64,000 nucleotides of DNA from Octopus bimaculoides (taxonomy: Eukaryota): NCBI RefSeq assembly GCF_001194135.2, contig NC_068983.1:144460518-144524517 (forward strand), given 5' to 3'. Within the stretch, counting starts at the first letter, position 1. The number at the start of each line of letters is the position of its first letter. Below are positions 39,908-53,838 of this stretch, one piece after another. A program made the position numbers and the translations under genes. The notes beneath the pieces were generated by a model, which worked only from the letters and a program-made list of their open reading frames with translations, was not told the DNA's origin and searched no databases.

Positions 39908-42225
39908 GTATGATGTGCAGATGAGGGTGGTAGTGGGGACCTCTCTCATACACGAAATGGGCCAGCAACTGAGTAACAAGCACATGCAACAGTTGTGATA
40001 TGAGATCTTACCACTCAGAAGAAATGAACCATATAAAAGGATTGTAGAAAGGGTATATAAAGACACAAACACGCACACATACATAACTGTTGGAATTTCC
40101 TTTTTACATAAGAAGAGAAAAAAACTTCTTTTATAAACTTGAGTTTCTGTAACGTATTAGAATTTAAAGTCTCTCCAGTCATTCCGCAAAGGTTTTCGTT
40201 AGTGATTATTTCCACTACTGAGTAATAGTCTAACATTAATTCAATCTAAGTATATGTTCATACACACATATACATAAACTCTGACGCAGACACACACACA
40301 CACACACACACACATACACACACATATGTGTGTTTGTGTGTTTGTGTGAGCAAATTAATTAGTCGCAGAGATAATATTCGTTTTCTCTAGTAATAAAAGT
40401 AAAGAATTTGTTGTCGCTTATATCAAATTTGAATTTATTGAGCAGAATATTGACTTTAATGTTTTCTTGGTCCAGCAAAGTATGTTTCATTTAGAAATAA
40501 TTAGACGTCATGCATTATTCTTCCAGCATGTTTTTAATTCAACCTTGGAAATAATTAGCTTCCTCGATTTTCAGAGTGTTTTAAATATGAAAGATTCCTC
40601 TTGCTCAGATTCATTTACATAAAATACATGCAAAATATTCTTTTACTGTAAACATTTGTTTTAATGGGAAAATGTACTCATGCGTCGCCGCTTAGCCCGC
40701 GTAGGTCTATGAGCTTTACTGATTTCGTAGGGTTGTTTGATTATTAGCTACGAACACAAGGTTCACACGTCTTGTGTGTGCATGTGGCTTCGAAGGTGAG
40801 GGAGTAATGTGAGGAGAAGACGAGTCATCTTTGCTATGCTTTATTGATTGTCAATTTAATGATATAAATTATGCTTAAGTTTCGACTTTAATGGTTTTCA
40901 GAAAGAAATGTAAACTTCACAGCCTCATAATGTTTGCTATAACGTTAGCAGTGTTGTGGTTCAATTTGATGGAAGTAGACACTAAATCTCCATCAATGTA
41001 AATACAAAGAGCTATTGGATAATGCATCCCAGGATAAACGCTTAACTCTGAATATATAACATAAAAATAACGGCTGAACGCCGTTATTTTTATATCGTTG
41101 ACCATATGTCTTTTGATGAGAGTTAATCTGAGTTGGCACAGCTTTCCCTTGAAGTTATCTTCCTGTGTAGTAATTGGTGTTGTCTGATCTTTACTTATAT
41201 ACCTACGACCGGCCACTTTTAAGGATTGGAAGTAAAATTTTAAGCCTTTTATAGAGTTAATATGTTATCTACAAGATATTACTATGATGATAGAAAATAT
41301 AATAAACATGTTGGCTTGAGAAAATCGATGGCGCGTCAAACAAAATGCCAAGGCATTTCTTCTCGTTGTTTACGTTCTGAATTCAAACCACACCGAAGTC
41401 AACTTCAGCATTTCAAGGTCAATAAAATAAAGGACCAATCCTATACTGTGTAGTGGCTGACCATAATTAGCTTTAGTCGTATTGTATCATTTATTACTGT
41501 GATGGTGGCTCGTGGTTAGGGCTCTACGCATCCTTTATATTGAGTGTGTATGTGTGTGTGTGTGTGTGTATTTATGGCTTCTGTAATTTGTCTTAATGTC
41601 GGATCTTTTGGCTATTTGGAAAGAATTTTCACTTCACTATTTTTATTGCGACTCTTTATCGAGTGTTTCTGTACGACAAGTTAATACAGACTGTCTGTTT
41701 GCTCCTTTTAATCCTGCAAATCTTTCAGGTGAACTTCAGGCTGTTTCTCCTCCTACATATACTGTTTTGATATCACTACATTGTCTTTCGGTGATTATAT
41801 ATGTACTGCACGAAGGTTAGACTAGGTCTGAAGTAAACAACTCACATTTCGTAAGTAGTTGTAGTGTAAGTTAAATCTATGAATATCTTCAACGATTGCA
41901 GTGCTAAGTTAAACATCTTCCTGTGATTATAACTAGGAAATGTTATACTTTAAAAGTAATAGTTCCTAGTTAGTTTATATAAGGATGAATTTACGGTTGT
42001 ACGAGTTTAAAGTATTACAATCATCGACATGAGCGTGATAAAATGAAAGAAACAGTATACTATCGAATTAAATTAATAAATCCGTTGGTTGCTGCTGCAA
42101 AATAAGTGTGTGGTTAAGATATATGATTCTGAACTAAATTATTTTGGTTTCCAACCCATTGCACAGCTATTTAGACAAGTATCTTGTACTACAATGTCAG
42201 GTATAATCCATCGTCCTGTCTAATG

Positions 42226-42269
<44 letters not shown>

Positions 42270-42848
42270 NNNNNNNNNNNNNNNNNNNNNNNNNNNNNNN
42301 NNNNNNNNNNNNNNNNNNNNNNNNNNNNNNNNNNNNNNNNNNNNNNNNNNNNNNNNNNNNNNNNNNNNNNNNNNNNNNNNNNNNNNNNNNNNNNNNNNNN
42401 NNNNNNNNNNNNNNNNNNNNNNNNNNNNNNNNNNNNNNNNNNNNNNNNNNNNNNNNNNNNNNNNNNNNNNNNNNNNNNNNNNNNNNNNNNNNNNNNNNNN
42501 NNNNNNNNNNNNNNNNNNNNNNNNNNNNNNNNNNNNNNNNNNNNNNNNNNNNNNNNNNNNNNNNNNNNNNNNNNNNNNNNNNNNNNNNNNNNNNNNNNNN
42601 NNNNNNNNNNNNNNNNNNNNNNNNNNNNNNNNNNNNNNNNNNNNNNNNNNNNNNNNNNNNNNNNNNNNNNNNNNNNNNNNNNNNNNNNNNNNNNNNNNNN
42701 NNNNNNNNNNNNNNNNNNNNNNNNNNNNNNNNNNNNNNNNNNNNNNNNNNNNNNNNNNNNNNNNNNNNNNNNNNNNNNNNNNNNNNNNNNNNNNNNNNNN
42801 NNNNNNNNNNNNNNNNNNNNNNNNNNNNNNNNNNNNNNNNNNNNNNNN

Positions 42849-42896
<48 letters not shown>

Positions 42897-44151
42897 GAAA
42901 TATGATTGTGCGTGTGTATGCATTTACGAGTTGGTGTGTGTCTTGATTGTTGTATATTGTTGGTCAAGCTTAACCCCATGGGAAATGTCCTATGTTCAGA
43001 AACATTCCGTTCATGACTACTCCAATATTTCCTATGCATAATAAAACACATTATCCAACGCACCATTTTGTATGACGGAAGATTGTGATATGAATGAGTT
43101 TTGGCTGGTATTTCTCAGTAGTCGAGCGACCATTGAGATGCGAACTCTGCGTTTTGTTATTGTTTACCTTTGGATTAATTTTGAAGGAGCACACTTATTA
43201 AGTGTATTATAGCTGTTATCTCTATATGAAGAGACCTGAACATTATTATTGATCATGTAATTTTAAGGCAGTAAATTGTTATTAGAAAATAAATACCTGC
43301 TATTTTGAGCTGCTTTGCCTATCACAGAGGGCTCATAAACTTACTTTCAACAGTAGGTTGAGATTTGAGGAGTTGTGACTACTATTTTTACCAAATCAAT
43401 CAAACACAAAGAGGCCTCGTAGCTGACTCGTTATGTAGGTGCTGTTTGTATACATGTGTAATTTTGCATATTGCTTATATGTGCGAGGGGCTATGTCTAT
43501 ATGTCATTCTATACATGTGTTTGTTTTTTTTGTTGCGTGTATTTATGTCTGCTGTGATTTCGTGCGTGCTCTTGGTGTGTGTTTGTGAAATGACTTGTGA
43601 GAAGAAACATGAAAACTGAGCTTGCATATGAAAGAAAAAAAAATCAATGAAGGATAGAAATATTAATGAAATAAAGAAACGGAATTGAATTCTCTGATAT
43701 TTGAAACGGAAAACATATTAATCACGAGAGGCTTGTACAAATGCATAATTCGAACAAGAATAAATTTCTGCCTAGAAAAGAATACAAATGAGCAGAAATG
43801 ACTGTCACCGTCTGCAATTGGCGCATTTAAACAAAGGAAGCTGTGACAGACATGTTCGATTTTGAGATTATATGTATATTTCTGATCGTATTTTTGAGAA
43901 ATATGTAATTAAGACGTTATATTTGGTTCGTTTCCTATGGAAGATTCTGTTCAACAATTTTAGTAATTGTTATTTGATAATGTATAAGCTAATGAGCAGT
44001 TTTCTAAAAGAAGCTATTTATTTTTTTTAAATGGTCCATGCTTAAAAAAAATCGATCCCAAATTTCCTTTCTCGTTTGCTAGATTAAAGCTTCTGATTTG
44101 GCGGTTGAATATTCCCAAATCTCTCTGCTGCATATGTGTGTTCGTGTGTGC

Positions 44152-44228
<77 letters not shown>

Positions 44229-45442
44229 CGTGTGTGCGTGTGCGTGCGCGCGAGCGCGTGCTTGTATGTTTTACATGCTCATACATTGATTCTTTCAACC
44301 ATATTCTATCAACCACCATAATTTCATGAACGAGAACTCACAAATCTTCATTATCCAATCACAATACACCATTGTGATAATTGTAGACATTAAGGCTCTA
44401 TCGAGATTAAATACTCACCTTTGAACCCCCGTGACTTGCGGATGTTTAGCTCCTTAGTCCAAAGGGCAAACATATTTAGTCCAAACTTCGAGGGATAATC
44501 ATCACATCAGTCAAAGTTTGGGTCGTTCAAGTTATTATTAATACGATTTTGGTGTCGCTAATCGTAACTACGCTTCTGTTTACATAATGTATAGATTATC
44601 TCTTATAGTACGTATATAAGAATTATAAAAAAAACGGGCTTACTACAGACAGTTGGTTTATAGAATAAACAGAATTAAAGGAGTAAACGAAGTCGTTCCT
44701 ACATGGCTGATTAATCTGCTGGAAGTGACTAAAACATCTCATTTAATTAACACCCTATGTGTATGTGACTGTGGATTTTCATGGATGAGTTCAGAAATTG
44801 TGGTTAAGATAGTTTACTGGTAAAGCACGTTCACTTTCTCAATATTCGTTGTGTATTTGATTAATGAGAGACGGAAGATGGAAGATACCGGAATTTTATT
44901 AATCACTACAATTGTTCCGACCCATGTGGCATCGATCCCACAGGGATGGGATACTTAACAACTGGTTCAGGAGCATACGACGGTGTAGATGTGTCTCTTC
45001 GGGTGATAAAGAGATATAACTCGTAAAAAATAACAGTTCCGGAAGGTATCTTCTAGGTTCGTGTAAAGAAAAGTAGCAAATTAAAGTATATAGTTTCATT
45101 TATATAGAAGATCGATAATAAAAAAAAAATAACAGATTCAAAAAAGAAACGAACACGTTAGATATAAACGTTAACGGATACTGATGTATAAACGCCCTCG
45201 GTTAGGTTGTATGGCGCATGTACACTCGTTCATACAAGCATCCATGAAGATAGCTACTTGATGTTTATAAGAATGGGGAGGTCAGAGCTAAATTTAACTC
45301 AACTGTACTTTAAGAGGAATTGTACAAAGATGGGCCGAAACAATTTTTGTGATTAATAAAGATTTACGTATCTTCCATCGTTCGTCTCTCATTAACTATA
45401 TATACATACATACATACATACATACATGCATATATACATACA

Positions 45443-45488
<46 letters not shown>

Positions 45489-46820
45489 AATCAACTTCTA
45501 AACAATGTATACATCTTCTCTCATTTGCAAATTGAAAGATGGAAGAGAGAAACGGTACGAATAGAAACTTGGAATAAAGTTTATATAGAAATAGCTAAGT
45601 AAGTCGTTTATCGAAAGCAGAAAGTAACATTTTCTCATTTGAAATATTAACATATTTAAAGAACTTCATATGAATTATCAATTTTAAAAACATATTGTAC
45701 TATACATCTGAATTACTTATCATTTCCATACAACATTTCGTTAACTAATATGCATGCCATAAGTTCCTGCATACATCTCTCTCCCTATCTCTTGTTGTTT
45801 GTGTGTGTCCTCGTCCGTGTGTATTATATGTATTATATACATGAACATGTGTTTATGAGTGTCCGTGTGTTTAAATTCTTCACCAATGCCTCCAGTACCA
45901 GGTTTCTCTTTCGCATGAATAACAAACCACTCTGCACATACTATATTATCACATTACTGATTAAGTTAATGCATCGTTTTGTTGTTGATACTTTCTTTTT
46001 CATTTTCTAACCTTAATTCGTTTCAAGATTACAATCAGTGTCTTTTCCTACTAATATTGTACAGTTACACTATCTTCTATTTTTATATACAAATTAATAA
46101 GTATGCATACTTTACGGCCAACTTAACTAAGATATTTTTGCCAGTATTATTTTTCTACAATTGAAATATTTGGAAACTGATTTTTTAAAAAATATCTCTG
46201 AATAATTTTTTGTTCAAGTAATCAAAAAAATAATGACGATGATAATAACAACAACAACACTAGCACCACCACCAACAATAATAACAACAACAGTCACATA
46301 AGGAAAATAGAATTTTGTTTATATTTAGTTGCATTTCCAGGGGAAAAACTGCTTTGGATTAAAAAAGAATCTTATTTACAAAAATAGAAAATAATATAAT
46401 AAATTAGAATAAACACACGTATTCAGTATTCTGAAAATAGACTGACTATCTATATTATGGAAATTACTAAAATATATGTATGCGGGCGATGAATTGGCAA
46501 ATCTTCGACATCGAGCAAAATGCATTTCGTTAATTGTTCTGGCTCTTTACGCACGGTGTTCAAAATCCGCAAAGGTAAATTTTATCATCCTGAATTCGAT
46601 AAGATATTAGCAAACACTGCGCTGAATTAGATACATTGCTAATCTATGCCAACATGTTATGACCTAAGGTATTACAGAAGAGCCGACAACTAATGAAATG
46701 ACACAGTTTAGTTTTCACTAATTCTATTTACCTGTAAGAGCTGATATTAATGCCATGACACATTCGCACACAAAGATGTACATATTCATACATATTCACA
46801 CACAAAAACATTACGATATT

Positions 46821-46877
46821 CACTAACCTCCAAACACATTTTCTGTCTCTAACAGGTAACTCTATACAAAAGGAAAA
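46821..46877 (+). other. Branch point (CACTAAC) + acceptor + 22-nt microexon or recursive splice site
   Basis: CACTAACctccaaacacattttctgtctctaacAG|GTAACTctatacaaaaggaaaa|gtgagc. Confidence 0.35.
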
Positions 46878-47016
46878 GTGAGCGATTGTACAGATATTTT
46901 TAAAGAAATTACAACACCAGACTTGTCCTTTTAGTAAACAACCGATATATAATTTGATTTTATGAACAAAACAATACTGTTCCCATTATATATAATTGTT
47001 TTCAATACTTTAATTA

Positions 47017-47065
47017 TCTTATTTCCTTTCTTTGCAGGTAAGTAGAGGTGACTTCATTCAATATG
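47017..47065 (+). other. Polypyrimidine acceptor fused to a consensus donor (AG|GTAAGT), with a possible 28-nt exon
   Basis: tcttatttcctttctttgcAG|GTAAGTagaggtgacttcattcaatatg|gtaaag. Confidence 0.4.
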
Positions 47066-48242
47066 GTAAAGTATATAAAATACCATTATTATTTTTGCAA
47101 ATTCAACATTTAACATTTTCAAATATGAATGAAACAACTTCTCTTGAATATGTACAGCCATATGCACGAGTACATACATACATACATACATACATACATA
47201 CATACATACATACTTACTTACATACATACATACATACATGCGTACATACCTTGGATAAAAAGTGGAATATCCAAGTGAAAGCCTCAATAAAATGTAAATA
47301 CAACAAACCTAACATAAGGATTTGGGATAGAGAAGAGAAATTGTGTACAATTGTGAAAATCAGCTAAAGATCAGTGACAAAAAAAAAAAAATACCGATAC
47401 TGAAATTTTGAAAACTTTGCGGCTATTTTATCCAGATTACAAGTTCAGTTTCATACTTGTAATCATTGAGGCACTAGGATTTGTAACACATTGTACCAAT
47501 CTTGAGAAATTAGGCTTCCCAAAACCATGGAGGAGAAAGCTGATTCGAAAACTCCAGATCCAATTCATCACTGGAACTGTAAAAGTCTGTAAAACTTTCC
47601 GGAAGTTTATCATTTAAGTATATATGAGCATGTCTAGATATGCAAGTATATACATGAAAATATATACATAAAACAAAACGTACAAATTTGCACATATACA
47701 TACATACATACATACATATATACAAAAATTACCCTCTTGGTGTTGAAGAAATTACAATGAAAGAGTCTTGGATCTAGGCTAGAAACAGCCTCTTTCTGTA
47801 TTGGCAAGAATTCTTGAAATAAAACATGACATTCACACACACACACATAGATGTATGTATACATACACACACACACACATACATGCATACAGACATACAA
47901 ACATACGTGCATGCATGCGTACATAAATACATACATATTTCTTTGTCTTCTGTGTTCAAATACGGCAAAGTTCAACTTCCCTTCAGTCCTTTGGTAGCCG
48001 ATAAAAATTAAGTATCAGTGTAGCGCGGTTCCTTAATGAAATTATTAGAGACTCGAACGAGATAACTCGTGATATCTAGTCTGGTTCTTTGAATCATTAA
48101 TTCGTGCATGGTAAACTTCATCCAATCAGCCGTTGTAATGTCAACATTTGATTATTTTCTGCTATTAGAGGTGTTCATTTTTCCGCAAACACGAAGCTAT
48201 GTTTCCGGTTTGGGGATACAATTCTCTCCTCCTACACGCACG

Positions 48243-48283
<41 letters not shown>

Positions 48284-49165
48284 ACCAGAATTGGAGGCTC
48301 ATGGGTGCTACCCTCCGCTCTCTGACTCAACTATAAAAACAAATTAACTATTTTAGAACCACCAAAAATTTTAGTGACCTGGATATAGATGCATTGCCTT
48401 TTAGCAGATAAATGAGGCTACAAGCATTGACAGGTAACATTCCTTAATAATTCCTTACATTTTTCCGGTAGCTAGACCCAAAGAGCTCCATAGAGATCGA
48501 AGTGTTATGAATCACCATCAAAATAAATCACAACGGATAAATCAGGTCTGGTAGACATTCAGTCAATGTTCCAAGTGTTTATTTTCCGTTGAAATTTTGC
48601 AATCTCCATACATAAAATAGATGGACCACGCATCGATTTTCAATCCTTATCAAGTGAATTTCTTGTTTGCAAGAACATTGCACGAGACAGAGCTTCAAAT
48701 AAAACGGCGAAAACGTAAAATAAAAGTAACTCTAGCAGTAGGTAACTGACACACATGGTAACTAATATTTTACATATTATTTTGCTTGTTTTCTTTTGTT
48801 TTGAATCATGAAAAGGACTATATAAGAGGATGGTATTGAGTATAATATCTTAAAAGGAAACAATAACTAGGGAAAACGTGATACTTTAATGCCCTGAATA
48901 TCCGTCCATTAAGGGAGTGAACTTGATAGCTTGCTCATGCTCACTGCGTTCGATGATATATTAACAATTGGATGTCTGCTGCAGGTCAGGGAAACAGCTT
49001 CTCAACTATAATTATATAAAAGTAGGATTATTTCAGATAAATGTCAGGCTATAAGTAACAGTGGGCGATAAACAGATAAGGAAAAGAGAGAAGAAATGGG
49101 GAGAGGAATGTGTGTGTAAATATACATACACACGGAGAGAAAGAGAGAGAAAGAGAGAGAGAGAG

Positions 49166-49212
<47 letters not shown>

Positions 49213-49545
49213 GACAGAGGCAGACAGGAGAGTGTGTATCTCTTGTAAAGAGAAGAAAGTAAGACAGAAATAAGGGAGAAGTGAATTTCACTACGTTTAG
49301 GAATTTTTTGTTTTTTAACGAGATGTGAGAGAAACATTAGACTGGTCTCTTTGTTTTACTGATTATTTTAGCGGCTGAATTAAACTTCTATGAGTCAAAT
49401 ATGTGAGATAATTTTCGCATATTTTTGAAATTATTTTATTTCACTTAGTAATTATCTCAGGAATAGTACGGCAAAACGTAATCTATTAATTTGCTAAATT
49501 GTGTTAAATATTACTTCCCGATTGATTTGTGGTGAGCGCTTTAGG

Positions 49546-49935
49546 GTTGTTGTTGTTGGCACTCCGTCGATTACGACGACGTGTGCTCCAGTTGATCCGA
49601 TCAACGGAACAGCCTGCTCTTGAAATTAACATGCAAGTGGCTGAGCACTCCACAGACACGTATACCCTTAACGTAGTTCTCGGGGATATTCATTGTGACA
49701 CAAAGTGTGACAAGGCTGACCCTTTGAATTACTGGCACAACAGAAACAGGAAGTAAGAGTGAGAGAAATTTGTGGTGAAAGAGTACACCAGGGTTCGCCA
49801 CCATCCTCTGTCGGAGCCTTGTGGAGCTTTAGGATGTTTTCGCTCAATAAACACTCACAATGTCCGGTCTGGGAATCGAAACCGCGATCCTATGACACAA
49901 GTCCGCTGCCCTAACCATTGGGCCATTGCACCTCC
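49546..49935 (-). mobile_element. Full-length tRNA-derived SINE, family 3b, with (CAA)n tail
   Basis: Minus strand ggaggtgcaaTGGCCCAATGGttagggcagcggac...GGTTTCGATTCCcagacc; 3' half homologous to 19250-19410. Confidence 0.8.
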
Positions 49936-50368
49936 ACGAATTGTAGGGTAGGCACTAAGCTACTAGACAACAATCTGATTTCCCATAATGCAGTCGGTCA
50001 TAGTGACAAGCCCAAAACTTTAATACTGTATCTAAGACTAATCAGCATGGCAGATTTCACTGCTACTTCAAGTTACACTGTAAGAAAACAGCAGAGCACT
50101 GGAAGCTAATAAAATTCTCCTTTATTTCATTTTTCTGACGCTACTTAGAATGGTGTATCTTGAGCCTCTTTATAGCTCGGAGTACTGAACAGTTTTAATA
50201 TCAGGTTATAGCTAATGTTTAGCTCCGTATCGTCTCTTCTTGCACTGGATGTACTTCAATACCCAATATATTCATTCGACTAAACGTGGGTGTTTACAAG
50301 TTAATTTGACCCAACCTGATGCATATCATTTAAGTACCTGATTCTGTCCCGAAACTTTAATATTTTTG

Positions 50369-50432
<64 letters not shown>

Positions 50433-50705
50433 ATGTATGTATGTATGTATGTATGTATGTATGTATATGATTCACTACCAAGGTTGTGTGGAACAGTGTG
50501 ATAGATGTTCCGAATATATATAGGTGCTCAACCATAACAGATCTTCAGACAACACTTTATTGTATCAAGTTACAGCTTTGCGGGTTAGATAGGGGTGTAT
50601 ATTTCAAGATCTGAAGAGGTTTTAATCGCTAGAATGAAAATTGGTCTACATTAATTTTGTGTATCATCGCTCACTAATTACCTAGCCAATACTTGTCTAA
50701 ACGAA

Positions 50706-51115
50706 GGCGGCGAGCTGGCAGAAACGTTAGCGCGCCGGGCGAAATGGTCAGCGGTATTTCGTCTGCTATTACGTTCTGAGTTCAAATTCCACCGAGGTCG
50801 ACTTTGCTTTTCATCCTTTCGGGGTCGATAAATTAAGTACCAGTTACGCACTGTGGTCGATGTAATCGACTTAATCCTTTTGTCTGTCCTTGTTTGCCCC
50901 CTCTATGTTTAGCCCCCTTGTGGGCAATAAAGAAATAAGAAACGTTAGTACGCCTGGCGAAATGCTTAGCAGTATTTCGTCTGTTTTTACGTTCTGAGTT
51001 CAAATTCTCCCGGGATCGACTTCGCATTTCATCCTTTCGGATAAATTGAGTACCAGTTGCGTACTGGGTTCACTCTAATCGACTAGTCCCCTCCCCAAAT
51101 ATTTTGGGCCTTGTA
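50706..51115 (+). mobile_element. Head-to-tail dimer of SINE family 2
   Basis: Monomer 1 at 50706-50938; monomer 2 starts gaaacgttag at 50939 without the first ~15 nt and has a different tail. B box gagttcaaattc is present in both. Confidence 0.85.
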
Positions 51116-51934
51116 GACGAAACAACACACTAACATACACGCACAAAAACACACACACAAGCTCACACACAAACATGCACACATACACGTACATGACTTC
51201 TCCCCAACACATCTCTGATGCACCCTCTCAGCTATTAGATATGCATAAATCTATATTTATATGTGTGTGTGCATGTGTAAATATTTATATAGATGTATAT
51301 GTGTGTATGTATATATATATGTATATNNNNNNNNNNNNNNNNNNNNNNNNNNNNNNNNNNNNNNNNNNNNNNNNNNNNNNNNNNNNNNNNNNNNNNNNNN
51401 NNNNNNNNNNNNNNNNNNNNNNNNNNNNNNNNNNNTATATATATATATATATATATGAACATACATATAGTGTATATGTAAGTATTATACATATTGCATA
51501 TAAGTTTGCATATATATTATACGCACGCGTACATGCAATCTCACACATTTATGGTGTCTATGTCTATAACTGTACAAGTACATATTTGTGTAAATAACAT
51601 ATAATAAACGAGTGTCTCCCGCCACCCCTTTATTCAGGTATATTTGGCTAAGATAAATAATTTCAGATTTGAAAAATTAAACGAGAATTATTTACTGAAA
51701 TATGAAAATAATTACGTTTATCGAAAATATATTTTCCAATTCTTCATAAATGCATACACACACACATGCGCACACCTACTCACACAACTACCTACACAAG
51801 ACACAGAAAACACACACAAATGCCTACCCCACAACTACACGCACACACACAAATGTGCATGTGACTACATGTAACTTTGTAGTATTTTGAATATATATGT
51901 GTATGTGCCTATACATATATATATATATATATAT

Positions 51935-52128
51935 GGGAGAATATACAAATAATAACAACAGACGAGGACAGGTGGTGTAAATAACAAAAGTATATATTAG
52001 TATGACGCTCGGGAATACGGAAAGTCTTTGACGTTTCGAGCTACGCTCTTCAACAGAAAGAATACGGAGACAAGGAGAAAAACACGGAGAAAAAAAATTG
52101 AATAGTGTTCAGTCAACGGTCAATCATA
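51935..52128 (-). mobile_element. Penelope-like terminal repeat (family C) with the best hammerhead-like copy at 52025-52061
   Basis: Minus strand tcttt-CTGTTGA-a-gagc gta gctc-GAAAC-GTC|aaaga: 5-bp stem I, 4-bp stem II, ACGT palindrome in place of helix III. Confidence 0.65.
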
Positions 52129-52149
52129 ATGGATTTGAGTTTGTGTATT

Positions 52150-52645
52150 AAAGCATATTCTGTTGTGTCTGGGGAGAGTTATTCGCTTTTAGTGTCTTAT
52201 TATTTAACACACTCAACCGTCAAATTTTCACTCATTTCCTTCCTTCTTTTTCCAAAACTTTCGTTGCGTCTCCTTGTGTGTGAATCTCTGAGTGTGTGTG
52301 TGTGTGTATACACATACACACACACACACGCTCAGACATGTACACACAAGGAGACAAAGGGACACACTCGCATGCAAACACACACATATACATAAAAACA
52401 CACAAACACGGACACGCAAACACATGAATATGTAGAATACATTTATGTGTATGCATACACACATGCGCACAAACAAACAAACAGAACGCATTGTGAATAA
52501 CGGATAGAGTCAAAACTATTGAAAAGGTTGCAAGACGCAACGAAAAGTTTAGAAAAATAAAGGAAATGAGTGGAAATTTTACCGGCGTGTCTGTTAAATT
52601 AAGGCACTAAAAGAGGATGACTCTCCCCAGACACAACAGAATATA
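52150..52645. repeat. ~90-bp diverged inverted repeat (52153-52245 / 52555-52645) enclosing CA-rich simple sequence
   Basis: atattctgttgtgtctggggagagt.at.c.cttttagtg.ctta...cactcatttcctt and its reverse complement. Confidence 0.85.
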
Positions 52646-53249
52646 TATATATATANNNNNNNNNNNNNNNNNNNNNNNNNNNNNNNNNNNNNNNNNNNNN
52701 NNNNNNNNNNNNNNNNNNNNNNNNNNNNNNNNNNNNNNNNNNNNNNNNNNNNNNNNNNNNNNNNNNNNNNNNNNNNNNNNNNNNNNNNNNNNNNNNNNNN
52801 NNNNNNNNNNNNNNNNNNNNNNNNNNNNNNNNNNNNNNNNNNNNNNNNNNNNNNNNNNNNNNNNNNNNNNNNNNNNNNNNNNNNNNNNNNNNNNNNNNNN
52901 NNNNNNNNNNNNNNNNNNNNNNNNNNNNNNNNNNNNNNNNNNNNNNNNNNNNNNNNNNNNNNNNNNNNNNNNNNNNNNNNNNNNNNNNNNNNNNNNNNNN
53001 NNNNNNNNNNNNNNNNNNNNNNNNNNNNNNNNNNNNNNNNNNNNNNNNNNNNNNNNNNNNNNNNNNNNNNNNNNNNNNNNNNNNNNNNNNNNNNNNNNNN
53101 NNNNNNNNNNNNNNNNNNNNNNNNNNNNNNNNNNNNNNNNNNNNNNNNNNNNNNNNNNNNNNNNNNNNNNNNNNNNNNNNNNNNNNNNNNNNNNNNNNNN
53201 NNNNNNNNNNNNNNNNNNNNNNNNNNNNNNNNNNNNNNNNNNNNNNNNN

Positions 53250-53295
<46 letters not shown>

Positions 53296-53838
53296 AGAGA
53301 GAGAGAGAGAGAGAGAGAGGGGGGAAGAAAGAAAGAAAGAGAGAGAGGTGGGGAGAGAAGGTGTAGTTATATGCATGTTTACACTGAATTTTTGAAAACT
53401 TGTGATATTTAAAATAGCAATTTACAATTCCGTTATCGTTTCTCCCAAAATATTTTTTTGCTTGTAAGGAAAGCGAGATTGAAAATTCGCTTCAATGAAT
53501 GCATCTCGTAACGCCTTTCGTACATAATTAGTACTTATTTAACTTTGAAACACAAATCATACCTCAGAAATTCCGAAGAAAGTGACACTGAATTACATGT
53601 GTTGTAAATCTTACATTCTGATACATCGCCTCTGAATGCACCGTCATGAATTTTTTCCAATATTTATAAATTTTTATTTAAATACAAGGACCGTAATTAA
53701 GAGTTAATGATGAAATGACTTTTTGTAAAGCTTTTCAGATCCTCTTTTAAAACTTGCATGCTACAATAGTCTCACAATCATGTCTGTCCTATCATTTTTC
53801 AGCAAGTAAGATATTACTTTTAAGCAAAAGAAATATAT

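Noticed and set aside
40917-41047. Minus-strand candidate exon LSVYPGMHYPIALCIYIDGDLVSTS (LamG-like YIDG)
   Set aside because: A four-residue motif only, ending in a stop, with no supporting exons
41729-43140. Further AG/GT-bounded open segments (41729 plus; 43020 and 43128 minus)
   Set aside because: Such sites are common by chance in AT-rich DNA and do not join into a coherent reading frame
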